Below are positions 1 through 8,891 of a DNA stretch of 51,650 nucleotides, piece by piece. The position numbers and the translations under genes were made by a program. Each line of letters begins with the position of its first letter. Position 1 is the first letter of the stretch. Origin of the DNA: Candidatus Bathyarchaeia archaeon (GTDB lineage: Archaea > Thermoproteota > Bathyarchaeia > Bathyarchaeales > Bathycorpusculaceae); the NCBI GenBank assembly GCA_050012755.1, contig JBEKGO010000014.1, forward strand, positions 1 through 51,650, written 5' to 3'. A model generated the notes under the pieces. That model ran no database searches. It was not told where the DNA came from and saw only the letters and a program-made list of their open reading frames with translations.

Positions 1-121
1 ATCAGCATTGGAGTTTTATTCGCTACTATAACTATACGAGGCCTCATGAGGGAATAGGCTATTTAACTCCCGCTGAAATATACCTCAAAGAAAAAGTGTA
101 GCCCATTTTCTAGATAGAACA
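1..121 (+). mobile_element. Right end of an IS481-like insertion sequence: transposase C-terminus (3..101) plus right inverted repeat (97..121)
   Basis: Frame 3 reads QHWSFIRYYNYTRPHEGIGYLTPAEIYLKEKV*, the YN..RPH..L...TP motif of integrase-core DDE transposases. It ends in TGTAGCCCATTTTCTAGATAGAACA, whose reverse complement matches 51532..51556 at 22/25. TGT...ACA ends are typical of IS481. Confidence 0.85.
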
Positions 122-187
122 CTAATTGCCTGAATAGAAAACGATAATAATAACTGCAACAACGATTTAACTAGAGGATTTTACTGA

Positions 188-634
188 ATGACAACGAGCA
201 GCAGTAGTGCACAAACTAGCGGACAAATTGATTTCTCTCTATGGCTCATACGATTGGTCGCTTACATCATTGACACCATAATAATAACTGTAGTTACATT
301 CATACTGTTTATTTTTCTACCGATTGGTATCTGGGGAATCTTTGGACTTTTCGGGTTGCTTTCAATACTGTACTTCATCATCTTAGACGTGGTTTGGGGT
401 GCGACAATAGGTAAAAAAGTCATGGGGTTAAAAGTGGAAACGGTAAAAGATGCCAAGATAACATTTGTTCAATCATTCATCCGCAACATCAGCAAATTCG
501 ACCCGCTTTTCGTGTTCATTGATTGGTTGATAGCAATTGCAACAAATGGACCTGATAAACGCCAAAAATTGACCGATCGTTGGGCAGGGACGACAGTTGT
601 TCAAGCAGGAAAAGCGCCGATAACCTTAATCTAG
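188..634 (+). CDS. RDD family membrane protein
   Basis: RLVAYIID, G.TIGK..MGLKV, FIRN and Q.LTDRWAGT.VV motifs. The frame continues past the TAG to a TAA at 679. Confidence 0.85.
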   Translation: MTTSSSSAQTSGQIDFSLWLIRLVAYIIDTIIITVVTFILFIFLPIGIWGIFGLFGLLSILYFIILDVVWGATIGKKVMGLKVETVKDAKITFVQSFIRNISKFDPLFVFIDWLIAIATNGPDKRQKLTDRWAGTTVVQAGKAPITLI

Positions 635-746
635 CCGGGTTCTTCGTCATCGTCACCTCCACCGCCAACTTCAAGCTAAAAAACAAACACCTCTCTTTTT
701 TCTTTTTACAGATTGATTAGTAAACAACTTCAATTGCTATTTTCGC

Positions 747-1082
747 TTAGCTGTGACCTCTGAAGTTTTCTAGCCAAACATTGAGTTGTTTTTCAGTCAA
801 TCCTACGCCAAACCTTCCATCAAGACGCTTGCTAATCTTTCCTTTCTCGAAAAAAATAACCGTTGGAACTGCCTCGATGTCGTGGTCATCCCATAATTGG
901 TTGTCATAGTCGTCTAAGAGAACATGGATAACTTTTCCAAGGTTAAAATCAATTATTTTTCTTTTAAAGATTGGAACAAAATTTACGCAGTATGGACACC
1001 AGGTCGCGTAAAACAAAACAAGAACTTTTTCTTCCTTTCCTAATATGGCGTTCAATTCTTCCGCATTATCAATTTCTATCAT
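747..1082 (-). CDS. Thioredoxin family protein
   Basis: FYATWCPYC active site and AVPTVIFF cis-Pro motif. Confidence 0.9.
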   Translation of the reverse strand: MIEIDNAEELNAILGKEEKVLVLFYATWCPYCVNFVPIFKRKIIDFNLGKVIHVLLDDYDNQLWDDHDIEAVPTVIFFEKGKISKRLDGRFGVGLTEKQLNVWLENFRGHS

Positions 1083-1198
1083 ATGTTCTCAGATTAAATC
1101 GGTTTTGCGCTTTCATAAATATGTCGTTTTTAGCTTGTTTTTGAGAAGCCTGATGCGAAGACTAAATACTGTAAATCGCTTATCAAATACAGAAAAAC

Positions 1199-1921
1199 AT
1201 GTCGCCGAAATCTTACAGACGCGGGTACCCTGTAGCAGTTCTCATAGGAATAGAAAAGGACAGCGCTTGTCTGTGGCAGGTTTTCAGCCAAGTTGTCAAA
1301 AATCAACAAAACATCGCGTTAAATGGCGACAGAAACGACTCTAAATCCCTCTACAACTTTCATGAATCTATAATAAATGCGATAAGACCAATACTGAAAG
1401 AAGGGATACGAAGCGTAATAATAGCTTCTTCAACAAAAACTGATTATGCACAGCAGTTCCTAAACCACATTAAAGGGCATCACAACTGGCTACTTCAGGG
1501 ACCTGGGAAAGCAGTTTTTTCGCCGATAACTGGTTCAGCAAGCACGTCATCGCAAGTAGCCGCTTTAACGCAAACTTCAATGTTTAAACAGTTAATCAGT
1601 GATACCACGGCTGAAGAAACCGAGAACCTGCTTGAAATCCTAGAAAAAAGGCTAAACACAACTGAAAATCTGGTGTTTTTTTCTTTGACTGAAGCTGAAC
1701 GCCTTATCTTTGACTCGCAGGCAGACGGAAAAGATAAGCCCGAATACCTCATGCTTACCGACGAGTATCTTTCAAAGAGTCGGCATAAATACAGAATCCA
1801 AAGGCTCATGCAGGTTGCAGCAAACAATGGAGTCAAAACCCGCGTTATTAATGCGGAATCGACAGCAGGTAAGCGGATCTCTCAATTTGGTGGAATCGTT
1901 TGCTTGACAAAACGCGAGTAA
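1199..1921 (+). CDS. Pelota/aeRF1-like protein (domains 2 and 3 only)
   Basis: C-terminal S.AGKRISQFGGIVCL motif of the eRF1_3 domain and an RNase H-like middle domain. No N-terminal domain and no GGQ. Confidence 0.7.
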   Translation: MSPKSYRRGYPVAVLIGIEKDSACLWQVFSQVVKNQQNIALNGDRNDSKSLYNFHESIINAIRPILKEGIRSVIIASSTKTDYAQQFLNHIKGHHNWLLQGPGKAVFSPITGSASTSSQVAALTQTSMFKQLISDTTAEETENLLEILEKRLNTTENLVFFSLTEAERLIFDSQADGKDKPEYLMLTDEYLSKSRHKYRIQRLMQVAANNGVKTRVINAESTAGKRISQFGGIVCLTKRE

Positions 1922-1925
1922 TTTG

Positions 1926-2654
1926 TTAAATCATTTTATTCTTTTTTAAATCTTGAATCGAGATTTTGCCTGAATGCAGGGCAGTAGCCACCAAAACGCC
2001 TGACACGCCCAAATTTTCCAGCCAAATCAAATCGTCGATGTCTCGTACTCCCCCGCCAACATAAACATTCACATTTTCTTCAAGCGCCTTTTTCAAAAAA
2101 TCGAGATTGACTCCTTCGCAACTACCAACACGCGTTAAATCCAAAACAATGAAATCTAAAACGCCCATTCTTCTAAACTCACCCAGAAGGCAAAGCGGAT
2201 CTTTGCAGCCTTTAAATCCTAATTTGACGAGAACTTTTTCACCTTTAAAATCCAAACTGACAATGATGCGGTCGTTTCCCCAAATCCTCATTGCTTCCCC
2301 GACAAAACCTTTATTCTCTAATGTTTCTGTTCCGACGATAATTTTAGAAACTCTATTGCCAAGCAGTTTCTCTGCCGTTTCAAGATTAGCTACGCCGGCA
2401 TCAACCATCAACCTGAGTCCTGTTTCATCAGCGATGCAATTGAGCGTTTGAAAATTCACTTGGCTCCCAGTTATAGCATCCAAATCTGCAATGTAAAGAT
2501 CACTAAAACCGAGAGTTTTGAAAGCTTTTGCGACTTCCAATGGCTTAGTCGACTTGCATAGGCTGCTTTGCAGGGGTTGGTACTCTTGTCTTCTTCCCCT
2601 GACAGCATGAACCGCTAAACCATTTAGAATGTCAATTACTGGAATAACCTTCAA
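1926..2654 (-). CDS. HisA/HisF-related TIM-barrel protein (C1-pathway-linked, Orf17-like)
   Basis: VIPVIDILNGLAVHAVRG, YIADLDAI, LDLTRVGS and GGGVR motifs. Divergent from the mfn operon. Confidence 0.85.
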   Translation of the reverse strand: MKVIPVIDILNGLAVHAVRGRRQEYQPLQSSLCKSTKPLEVAKAFKTLGFSDLYIADLDAITGSQVNFQTLNCIADETGLRLMVDAGVANLETAEKLLGNRVSKIIVGTETLENKGFVGEAMRIWGNDRIIVSLDFKGEKVLVKLGFKGCKDPLCLLGEFRRMGVLDFIVLDLTRVGSCEGVNLDFLKKALEENVNVYVGGGVRDIDDLIWLENLGVSGVLVATALHSGKISIQDLKKNKMI

Positions 2655-2760
2655 GCTCTCGACCTACTCGTGAATTGACTCTCAACCAATAGAAAAACCT
2701 AACCATCGATATAGCAAAAGTTTTAAAGGCGTCATCAATGCGCATGTTTATGATGCCCAG

Positions 2761-3501
2761 TTGAAGCTACTCATAAGTCCCATGAATGAAAAGGAAGCAT
2801 CTGCCGCCATCGCTGGAGGCGCAGACATAATCGACGTTAAAAACCCGCTGGAGGGTCCATTAGGCGCCAATTATCCCTGGGTGATTAAGCGAATTAGAGA
2901 AATAACCCCGAAAAACATCCAGGTGAGCTGTACGCTCGGAGAAGTCCCTAATTTACCGGGCTCCATCTCATTGGCTGCATTGGGTGCAGCCTCTTTAGGG
3001 GTCGATTATATTAAAGTGGGTCTTTGCGGATTCAAAATAGCCTCAGAAGCTTCTTGTTTTTTGCAGAAGGTTAACAGGGCAGCCAAAGAATGCAATCCTA
3101 AAATAAAAGTGGTTGCTGCCAGTTACGCCGATGCAGAAAGAGTCGGCGCGTTAAACCCTTTGCTCATTCCCGAAATAGCTAGCAAGGCAGAGGTTGAGGT
3201 TGCAATGCTTGACACAGCGGTAAAAGATGACAAAAACCTCTTTAATTTTTTAACTTCCCGGCAACTCGCGGATTTCGTAAATTCCTCGCACAAGTTTGGC
3301 TTAGAGGCCGCTTTGGCGGGTTCATTAAAAAAACGTGATTTACCTGTAATTTACGGTTTAGGTGCTGATATTGCAGGTTCGCGTGGAGCAGCATGCACAA
3401 ACAATGATAGGGTTAAGGGTCAAATTACCGAAAAACAAGTTCGTGAACTGGTTGAAACGCTCGAACAAGCAGAACATCAAACCAATAAGGCGAGGGCTTA
3501 G
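2761..3501 (+). CDS. mfnB: (5-formylfuran-3-yl)methyl phosphate synthase
   Basis: LLISP, GGADIIDVKNPLEG.LGA, DYIKVG, MLDTAVKD, ALAGSL and RGAAC motifs (DUF556). Confidence 0.92.
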   Translation: MKLLISPMNEKEASAAIAGGADIIDVKNPLEGPLGANYPWVIKRIREITPKNIQVSCTLGEVPNLPGSISLAALGAASLGVDYIKVGLCGFKIASEASCFLQKVNRAAKECNPKIKVVAASYADAERVGALNPLLIPEIASKAEVEVAMLDTAVKDDKNLFNFLTSRQLADFVNSSHKFGLEAALAGSLKKRDLPVIYGLGADIAGSRGAACTNNDRVKGQITEKQVRELVETLEQAEHQTNKARA

Positions 3502-3504
3502 CTG

Positions 3505-4668
3505 TTGCAACCCAAGGGGTTAAGCCGAAAAAAAGTGCTATCTGAGCTCAAAAGAATCCGCCAACTAGACACGCGGTATGATGACGGAAAAATTTTGTGT
3601 TCCATGTGCACCAAACCCCATCCCATCGCGCAAAAAGCACATCAACTTTATATAAACTCAAATCTGGGTGATCCTGGTCTCTTTCCTGGAAGCGTTCAAC
3701 TTGAAAAAGAAGTAATAAATCAGTTGGCAACTCTTTTGCACGGTAAAAACTGTGTTGGCTCTATTGTTTCAGGCGGAACAGAAGCGAATTTGCTTGCGTT
3801 GTTAGCTGCACGAAATAAGGCAGGGGTCAATCAACCTGAAGTTGTATTGCCCGAATCTGTTCATTTTTCCTTCACTAAAATTTGCAACCTATTGAATGTG
3901 AAACCAGTTTACGCAGACTTAGATGGCTCGTTTAAGGCTGTTTTGTCTTCGGTTGAAAAATGTGTTAATAAAAATACTGTTGCTATCGTTGGCACGGCTG
4001 GCACGGCTGAACTTGGCACTGTTGACCCCTTCGAAGGGTTATCGAAGATTGCTCTGGAGCATAGTGTTTGGTTGCATGTTGACGCCGCTTTCGGTGGCTT
4101 GGTAATTCCCTTCTTAAAAGGTTCGAAATCCCAGTTCGATTTCAGCCTCGAAGGCGTAAGATCCATAACTGTTGATCCTCACAAGATGGGTATGGCAGCA
4201 ATTCCTGCGGGAGGAATCATTTTCAAAGATGCTAAGGCATTGGATTTCATTAAAACTGAAACTCCCTACTTAACCGACGGATTTCAATATACATTTGTAG
4301 GAACAAGAACAGGGGCTTCTGCAGCTTCGGCTTGGGCAGTTTTCCAGAATCTCGGCATAGATGGATTTAAGAAAATCGTATCCAAATGCATGAAAACAAC
4401 ACACTTGTTAGCTAAGGCGCTCGAAAATGCAGATTTCAGTCTTGTCGTTGAGCCAACGCTAAACATTGTAGCTTTTCGAAGTGCCAGTGGCACAAGATTT
4501 CTAGCAGAAAAGCTTTGGCGACAAGGTTGGTTTGTATCTTATGTTCCACGCTACGACTGCATTCGAGTTGTTGTAATGCCTCATGTAAAAAGGAAATATG
4601 TTTTGGCTTTTTTGAAAGATTTGGCTGAAAACAAAAACGCTTTAAGCTTAAAGATGCAACATCCATGA
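3505..4668 (+). CDS. mfnA: L-tyrosine/L-aspartate decarboxylase
   Basis: ILCSMCTKPH, NLGDPGLFPG, SGGTEAN, HVDAAFGG and SITVDPHKMG (PLP lysine). Confidence 0.93.
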   Translation: MQPKGLSRKKVLSELKRIRQLDTRYDDGKILCSMCTKPHPIAQKAHQLYINSNLGDPGLFPGSVQLEKEVINQLATLLHGKNCVGSIVSGGTEANLLALLAARNKAGVNQPEVVLPESVHFSFTKICNLLNVKPVYADLDGSFKAVLSSVEKCVNKNTVAIVGTAGTAELGTVDPFEGLSKIALEHSVWLHVDAAFGGLVIPFLKGSKSQFDFSLEGVRSITVDPHKMGMAAIPAGGIIFKDAKALDFIKTETPYLTDGFQYTFVGTRTGASAASAWAVFQNLGIDGFKKIVSKCMKTTHLLAKALENADFSLVVEPTLNIVAFRSASGTRFLAEKLWRQGWFVSYVPRYDCIRVVVMPHVKRKYVLAFLKDLAENKNALSLKMQHP

Positions 4669-4681
4669 AGGCGCTTTTGTC

Positions 4682-5914
4682 ATGAGGATTATAGTTTACG
4701 AGCATATGTCAAGCGGCGGATATGCAGGTCTGCCGATTTCAAACAGCGTCTTATCGGAAGGATTCGGAATGCTCCGGACAGTTGCTTCTGATTTTAAAGC
4801 AGCAGGTTATGAAATAACAGTTTTACTTGATGATAGAATTTCAAAATTGAATCCGCCCATAAATGCCGACTGTACCGTACCTATTTTTTATCCTCAAGAA
4901 GTTAAAAATTTTCTCTCCAACATTGCCAAAATTAATGATGCTGTTTTGATTGTAGCGCCTGAAACAGCGCAAACCTTGCAGTCCATTGTAGAGTTAGTGG
5001 AGAAAACTGGTAAGGTTTCGCTTAACTGTGAATCCAACACCATTTCAAAGGTTGCCAATAAAATAGTTCTTTATCAAGTTCTAAAGACGAATCATTTGGC
5101 AATACCCAAAACATTATCGTTAAGAGTTAATGATGATTTAGCGAAAGTTAAACGGGCGATAAAGAACAAGTTAAGCTATCCTGTGGTTTTCAAGCCTGTA
5201 GATGGAGTCAGTTGTGGCGGCCTAAGCTTTGTTAAAGGAGAATCACAAGTAGAGAAAGCTGTCGAAAAAATAAAAGCAGCGTCTGCAGAAGAGAATTTTG
5301 TTGTTCAGGAATTTATTGAGGGCGAAAGCGCAAGCGTCAGCTTACTTTGCGCGAAAGGCAAAGTCTTCGCAATTAGTCTAAACCAACAAACAACAAGGGT
5401 TGGTGCGCCAGAGGAGGCTTCATGTTATGAAGGCGGCTCAGTTCCATTTGATCACCCGCTTAGGCAAGAGGCATTTACCATGGCTGAGAAAGTTGTTGGC
5501 TGTTTTGAGGGCTTAAGGGGGTATGTGGGGGTTGATTTGGTTTTGTCGAAGGATAAGGTTTTTGTGGTTGATGTTAATCCACGATTAACAACGTCTTATG
5601 TGGGTTTGAGCCGAGTTGCCAGCTTCAATGTTGCAGAAACCATTGTTAATGCGATTATGAAGGGTGAATTTCCAATTAAACCTGAAACAACTGGTCATGT
5701 TTCTTTTTCAAAATTAGAAACTCCCAAGCCGACAATTAACGCTTTCAATAGAACTGCTCAAGTATGCGGAGTTGTTTCACCGCTTTTTCCCCTAAACGAT
5801 AACCAAAAAGCCTGCGGGTTAATTGCTGGGCAAGGAGATTCCATGGAGCAGGCAAGGCTACAGTTAGAAGAAGCTAAAAAGCGCGTTCTCAACATTATCG
5901 GCAGAGGAAAATAA
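4682..5914 (+). CDS. mfnD: Tyramine--L-glutamate ligase (ATP-grasp)
   Basis: SEGFGML, IVAPE, KPVDGVSCGG, QEFIEG, GYVGVD and VNPRLTTSY motifs, plus operon context. Confidence 0.85.
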   Translation: MRIIVYEHMSSGGYAGLPISNSVLSEGFGMLRTVASDFKAAGYEITVLLDDRISKLNPPINADCTVPIFYPQEVKNFLSNIAKINDAVLIVAPETAQTLQSIVELVEKTGKVSLNCESNTISKVANKIVLYQVLKTNHLAIPKTLSLRVNDDLAKVKRAIKNKLSYPVVFKPVDGVSCGGLSFVKGESQVEKAVEKIKAASAEENFVVQEFIEGESASVSLLCAKGKVFAISLNQQTTRVGAPEEASCYEGGSVPFDHPLRQEAFTMAEKVVGCFEGLRGYVGVDLVLSKDKVFVVDVNPRLTTSYVGLSRVASFNVAETIVNAIMKGEFPIKPETTGHVSFSKLETPKPTINAFNRTAQVCGVVSPLFPLNDNQKACGLIAGQGDSMEQARLQLEEAKKRVLNIIGRGK

Positions 5915-5915
5915 C

Positions 5916-6989
5916 TTGGTAAATGTGTTAGGCTACGATATTGGAGGCGCCAACACAAAAGCTGTCTACATAAGCACAAGAAAAGGATTGCTGCAAGATG
6001 CCAGAGAAGAAATGGAATACTTCCCTATTTGGAAAGAACCGAAAAACCTTGCTAAAGTGCTTCTAACGCTTAAGAAGCGATTAAACGTAGGTAGCCTTGA
6101 TGGTTTAGGCTTAACTATGACAGCTGAATTATCTGATGCTTACGTCACCAAGCGTGAAGGTGTCTTAAGAATCTTAGCAAAAGTTAAAGATGCTTTCGCT
6201 GGTGTGCCAATCTACGTTTTGAATACCGATGTTAAGCTTGAACCAATAAGCTATGCAGAATTCAAACCGCTGGATTATGCCGCAGCAAATTGGGCAGCAA
6301 CTGGATGGTTGGTTGCACAGCGGGTTAAGGATTGTGTAGTTGTTGATGTTGGAAGCACAAGCGCAAGTATAATCCCAATATTAGATGGCCAGGTTGTTGC
6401 TAAGGGCAAGACAGATTTGGATAAACTCATGTGTGGAGAACTTGTTTACACGGGCGGCTTAAGGACAAATGTCGCAGCAGTTGTCCATTCTGTTCCAGTA
6501 AAGAATGGCATTGCAGGCGTAGCATCAGAATTGTTTGCGTTGTCAGCTGATGTTCACTTAGCCTTAGGCAACATTACCGAGACACAATACATTTGTGAGA
6601 CGGCTGATGGTCGAGGAAAAAAACTGCCAGACGCCTTAGCGCGATTAGCAAGAGTAGTGTGCGCAGACACTGAAATGTTGACAAAAAAAGAAATCACGTG
6701 TATGGCAAAATATATTTACGAAAGGCAAATCATGCAGGTTGCCGAAGGCTTAAGCAAAGTCTATTCGTACACGAAAAAACTAACTTCTAATAAAGTCCCG
6801 GTCGTGGTTACGGGTCTAGGCAAAGACTTTCTAGCAAGAAAAGCTGCTGAAAAAGTCGGCATTTACGACATAATTGATATAGCCACATTCATGCCAAACA
6901 AGGTTGCCATGGCTACTCCAGCGTTCGGCGTTGCCTTAATGGCTGCAAGCAAACTTGAAGGAGAAACCGTCAGATGGATGCCACAGTAA
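5916..6989 (+). CDS. mfnF: Hydantoinase-A-like methanofuran precursor synthase
   Basis: GYDIGGANTK, TMTAELSDAY, AAANW, DVGSTS, ELVYTG.LRT and TADGR motifs. Confidence 0.88.
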   Translation: MVNVLGYDIGGANTKAVYISTRKGLLQDAREEMEYFPIWKEPKNLAKVLLTLKKRLNVGSLDGLGLTMTAELSDAYVTKREGVLRILAKVKDAFAGVPIYVLNTDVKLEPISYAEFKPLDYAAANWAATGWLVAQRVKDCVVVDVGSTSASIIPILDGQVVAKGKTDLDKLMCGELVYTGGLRTNVAAVVHSVPVKNGIAGVASELFALSADVHLALGNITETQYICETADGRGKKLPDALARLARVVCADTEMLTKKEITCMAKYIYERQIMQVAEGLSKVYSYTKKLTSNKVPVVVTGLGKDFLARKAAEKVGIYDIIDIATFMPNKVAMATPAFGVALMAASKLEGETVRWMPQ

Positions 6990-7642
6990 TAAAGATCGGC
7001 GGCAGCTTAGCGTTACACCCTGAAAAGCTGAAGATCCTGGGTTCAAAGTTGAGTGCCGCGTCAAAGAAACAGAAAATACTAGTGGTCCCAGGAGGCGGTG
7101 AATTCGCTGATGTTGTGCGGGCAGTAGATAAACGGTTCAGTTTATCAGATTCTGTTTCGCATCAAATGGCGATTTTAGGGATGGATCAATATGGTTTTTT
7201 GCTGTCAAATTTGATATCGGGTTCGCAAGCGATAAATCAGTTTGATCAGGTGCAGATTATTTTTGATTCTCATAAGTGCCCTATTTTTTTGCCTTCAAAT
7301 TCTATGCTAAAAAATGGTCATTTAGAAAAGTCTTGGAATGTAACTTCAGATTCAATTGCAGTTTATATTGCGAATCTACTGCATATAAAAAAAGTAATTT
7401 TAGTAACTGATGTTGACGGAATTTTTACACGCGACCCCAAAAAGCATTCAAATGCTCAATTGATTTGTGAAATATCAGCTAAACAGCTTGAAGCAATGAG
7501 TAAGCGAACGAGCGTTGACAAGTTTTTGCCGAAATTGCTTTTAAGAATTCAGATTGAATGCTTTGTTGTTAATGGATTATTTCCTGAGCGTGTTGAAGAT
7601 ATTTTAGATGGACGAAATGCTGTTTGCACCATAATTAATTGA
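6974..7642 (+). CDS. mfnE: [5-(aminomethyl)furan-3-yl]methyl phosphate kinase (amino-acid kinase family)
   Basis: VIKIGGSL, VPGGGEFAD, SWNVTSDSIA and TDVDGIF motifs. Overlaps mfnF. Confidence 0.85.
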   Translation: MDATVIKIGGSLALHPEKLKILGSKLSAASKKQKILVVPGGGEFADVVRAVDKRFSLSDSVSHQMAILGMDQYGFLLSNLISGSQAINQFDQVQIIFDSHKCPIFLPSNSMLKNGHLEKSWNVTSDSIAVYIANLLHIKKVILVTDVDGIFTRDPKKHSNAQLICEISAKQLEAMSKRTSVDKFLPKLLLRIQIECFVVNGLFPERVEDILDGRNAVCTIIN

Positions 7643-7855
7643 TGAAATGCCAAATTCAATTATAGGAAAAAGCGATTATTTAATTCATTGCGCTACGGAT
7701 TTGATTTTAAAAATTGATGTCGAATGATTACTCCTATTATTTGACCCCCCAGAGCCTTTCGAACTCCAGAAATTTCCGCAAAAAAATCAAACCGGCAACG
7801 ACAAAAAAACTGATAAAATAGAAAAAATAGAAAAAGAAATTGGAAGATACTGTAC

Positions 7856-8020
7856 TTAGATTTTTTTCTTGTCTAAGACTTCTCGGAAACTCTTATCACA
7901 GCACTTGTATAGCGCTATGGTGAGTTGTGTTCTTTTTCCTTTTTTGTCTGGTTTTCCAGCCATCTTCCAAGTTTTTGTAGCATTTTTAACTTCTTTTCCA
8001 CAGACTGGGCATTTTGCCAT
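7856..8020 (-). CDS. Cren7-like small chromatin protein, 54 aa (absent from ORF track)
   Basis: Own translation: MAKCPVCGKEVKNATKTWKMAGKPDKKGKRTQLTIALYKCCDKSFREVLDKKKI. It has the K.W.M...K...I.LY....FR pattern of Cren7 and a T-rich terminator downstream. Confidence 0.75.
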   Translation of the reverse strand: MAKCPVCGKEVKNATKTWKMAGKPDKKGKRTQLTIALYKCCDKSFREVLDKKKI

Positions 8021-8238
8021 GATTATCCCTACGGTTCAATGTTATCATATGGATATACATAAAACACTTTCTATCCCTTACCTGCAAAAAGGCTAAAAAG
8101 AGGCTCTTTTGGGTGAAAGTACATGCGGAAACACCTCTTTTTGTTAACATGTAAGGCTCAAATAAGCCTCGATTGCGGGGGGGACGGACATCTCAACTGA
8201 ATATTTAGTGGAACAATTATTAGTAACCTTTTCTTAAT

Positions 8239-8856
8239 TTGACAACAATGTCGATCATCGGTCTAGATTTGGCTGGAGTTGAAACACGACCAACTGGCTA
8301 TTGCAAACTCTTAGACATGAAAGTAGAAACTTCCTTAATTTATACAGATAAAGAAATCCTATCAAAAATCAGAGAGTTCTGCCCAAAAATTGTTGCTATT
8401 GATGCTCCCCTAAGTTTGCCACCTGGAAGAAAATCACTTGAGGAACGAAATGGCAACCATTTAAGAGAATGTGATAGGGAGCTTCTGAATAAAGGCATAA
8501 AATTCTTTCCAATAACTCTAGGTCCTATGAGAAAATTGACGGAGCGAGGCATGCGACTGAAAAAAATTCTAAACAAAGAAAACCTCATGGCCTTGGAGGC
8601 TTATCCAGGAGGAGCTCAAGATGTGCTCGGGATTCCTAGAAAACAAAAAGGACTCGAAAGACTGAGGGCTGGTTTAGAAAATTTAGGCATAATGGGATTA
8701 AGCAGCGGGATGAGTGATCATGAACTAGACGCTGTTACCTGCGCATATGTTGGCAAACTGTTTTTGGAAGAAAAAGCAGTTATTTATGGAAGCCCTGAAG
8801 GAATTATAATGCCCAAAGGCGAAAGAAAAAGTAACCGACATACCACCGATCAATAA
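8239..8856 (+). CDS. DUF429 family predicted nuclease (RNase H-like)
   Basis: IIGLDLAG, VAIDAPLSLP, LRECDREL, EAYPG and HELDAVTCA motifs. Confidence 0.82.
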   Translation: MTTMSIIGLDLAGVETRPTGYCKLLDMKVETSLIYTDKEILSKIREFCPKIVAIDAPLSLPPGRKSLEERNGNHLRECDRELLNKGIKFFPITLGPMRKLTERGMRLKKILNKENLMALEAYPGGAQDVLGIPRKQKGLERLRAGLENLGIMGLSSGMSDHELDAVTCAYVGKLFLEEKAVIYGSPEGIIMPKGERKSNRHTTDQ

Positions 8857-8891
8857 AGTCTAAAAGAATAATAGCTAGGTTGTATGCTCTG

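Noticed and set aside
7869-8096. 75-aa plus-strand ORF
   Set aside because: It is the antisense shadow of the Cren7-like gene.
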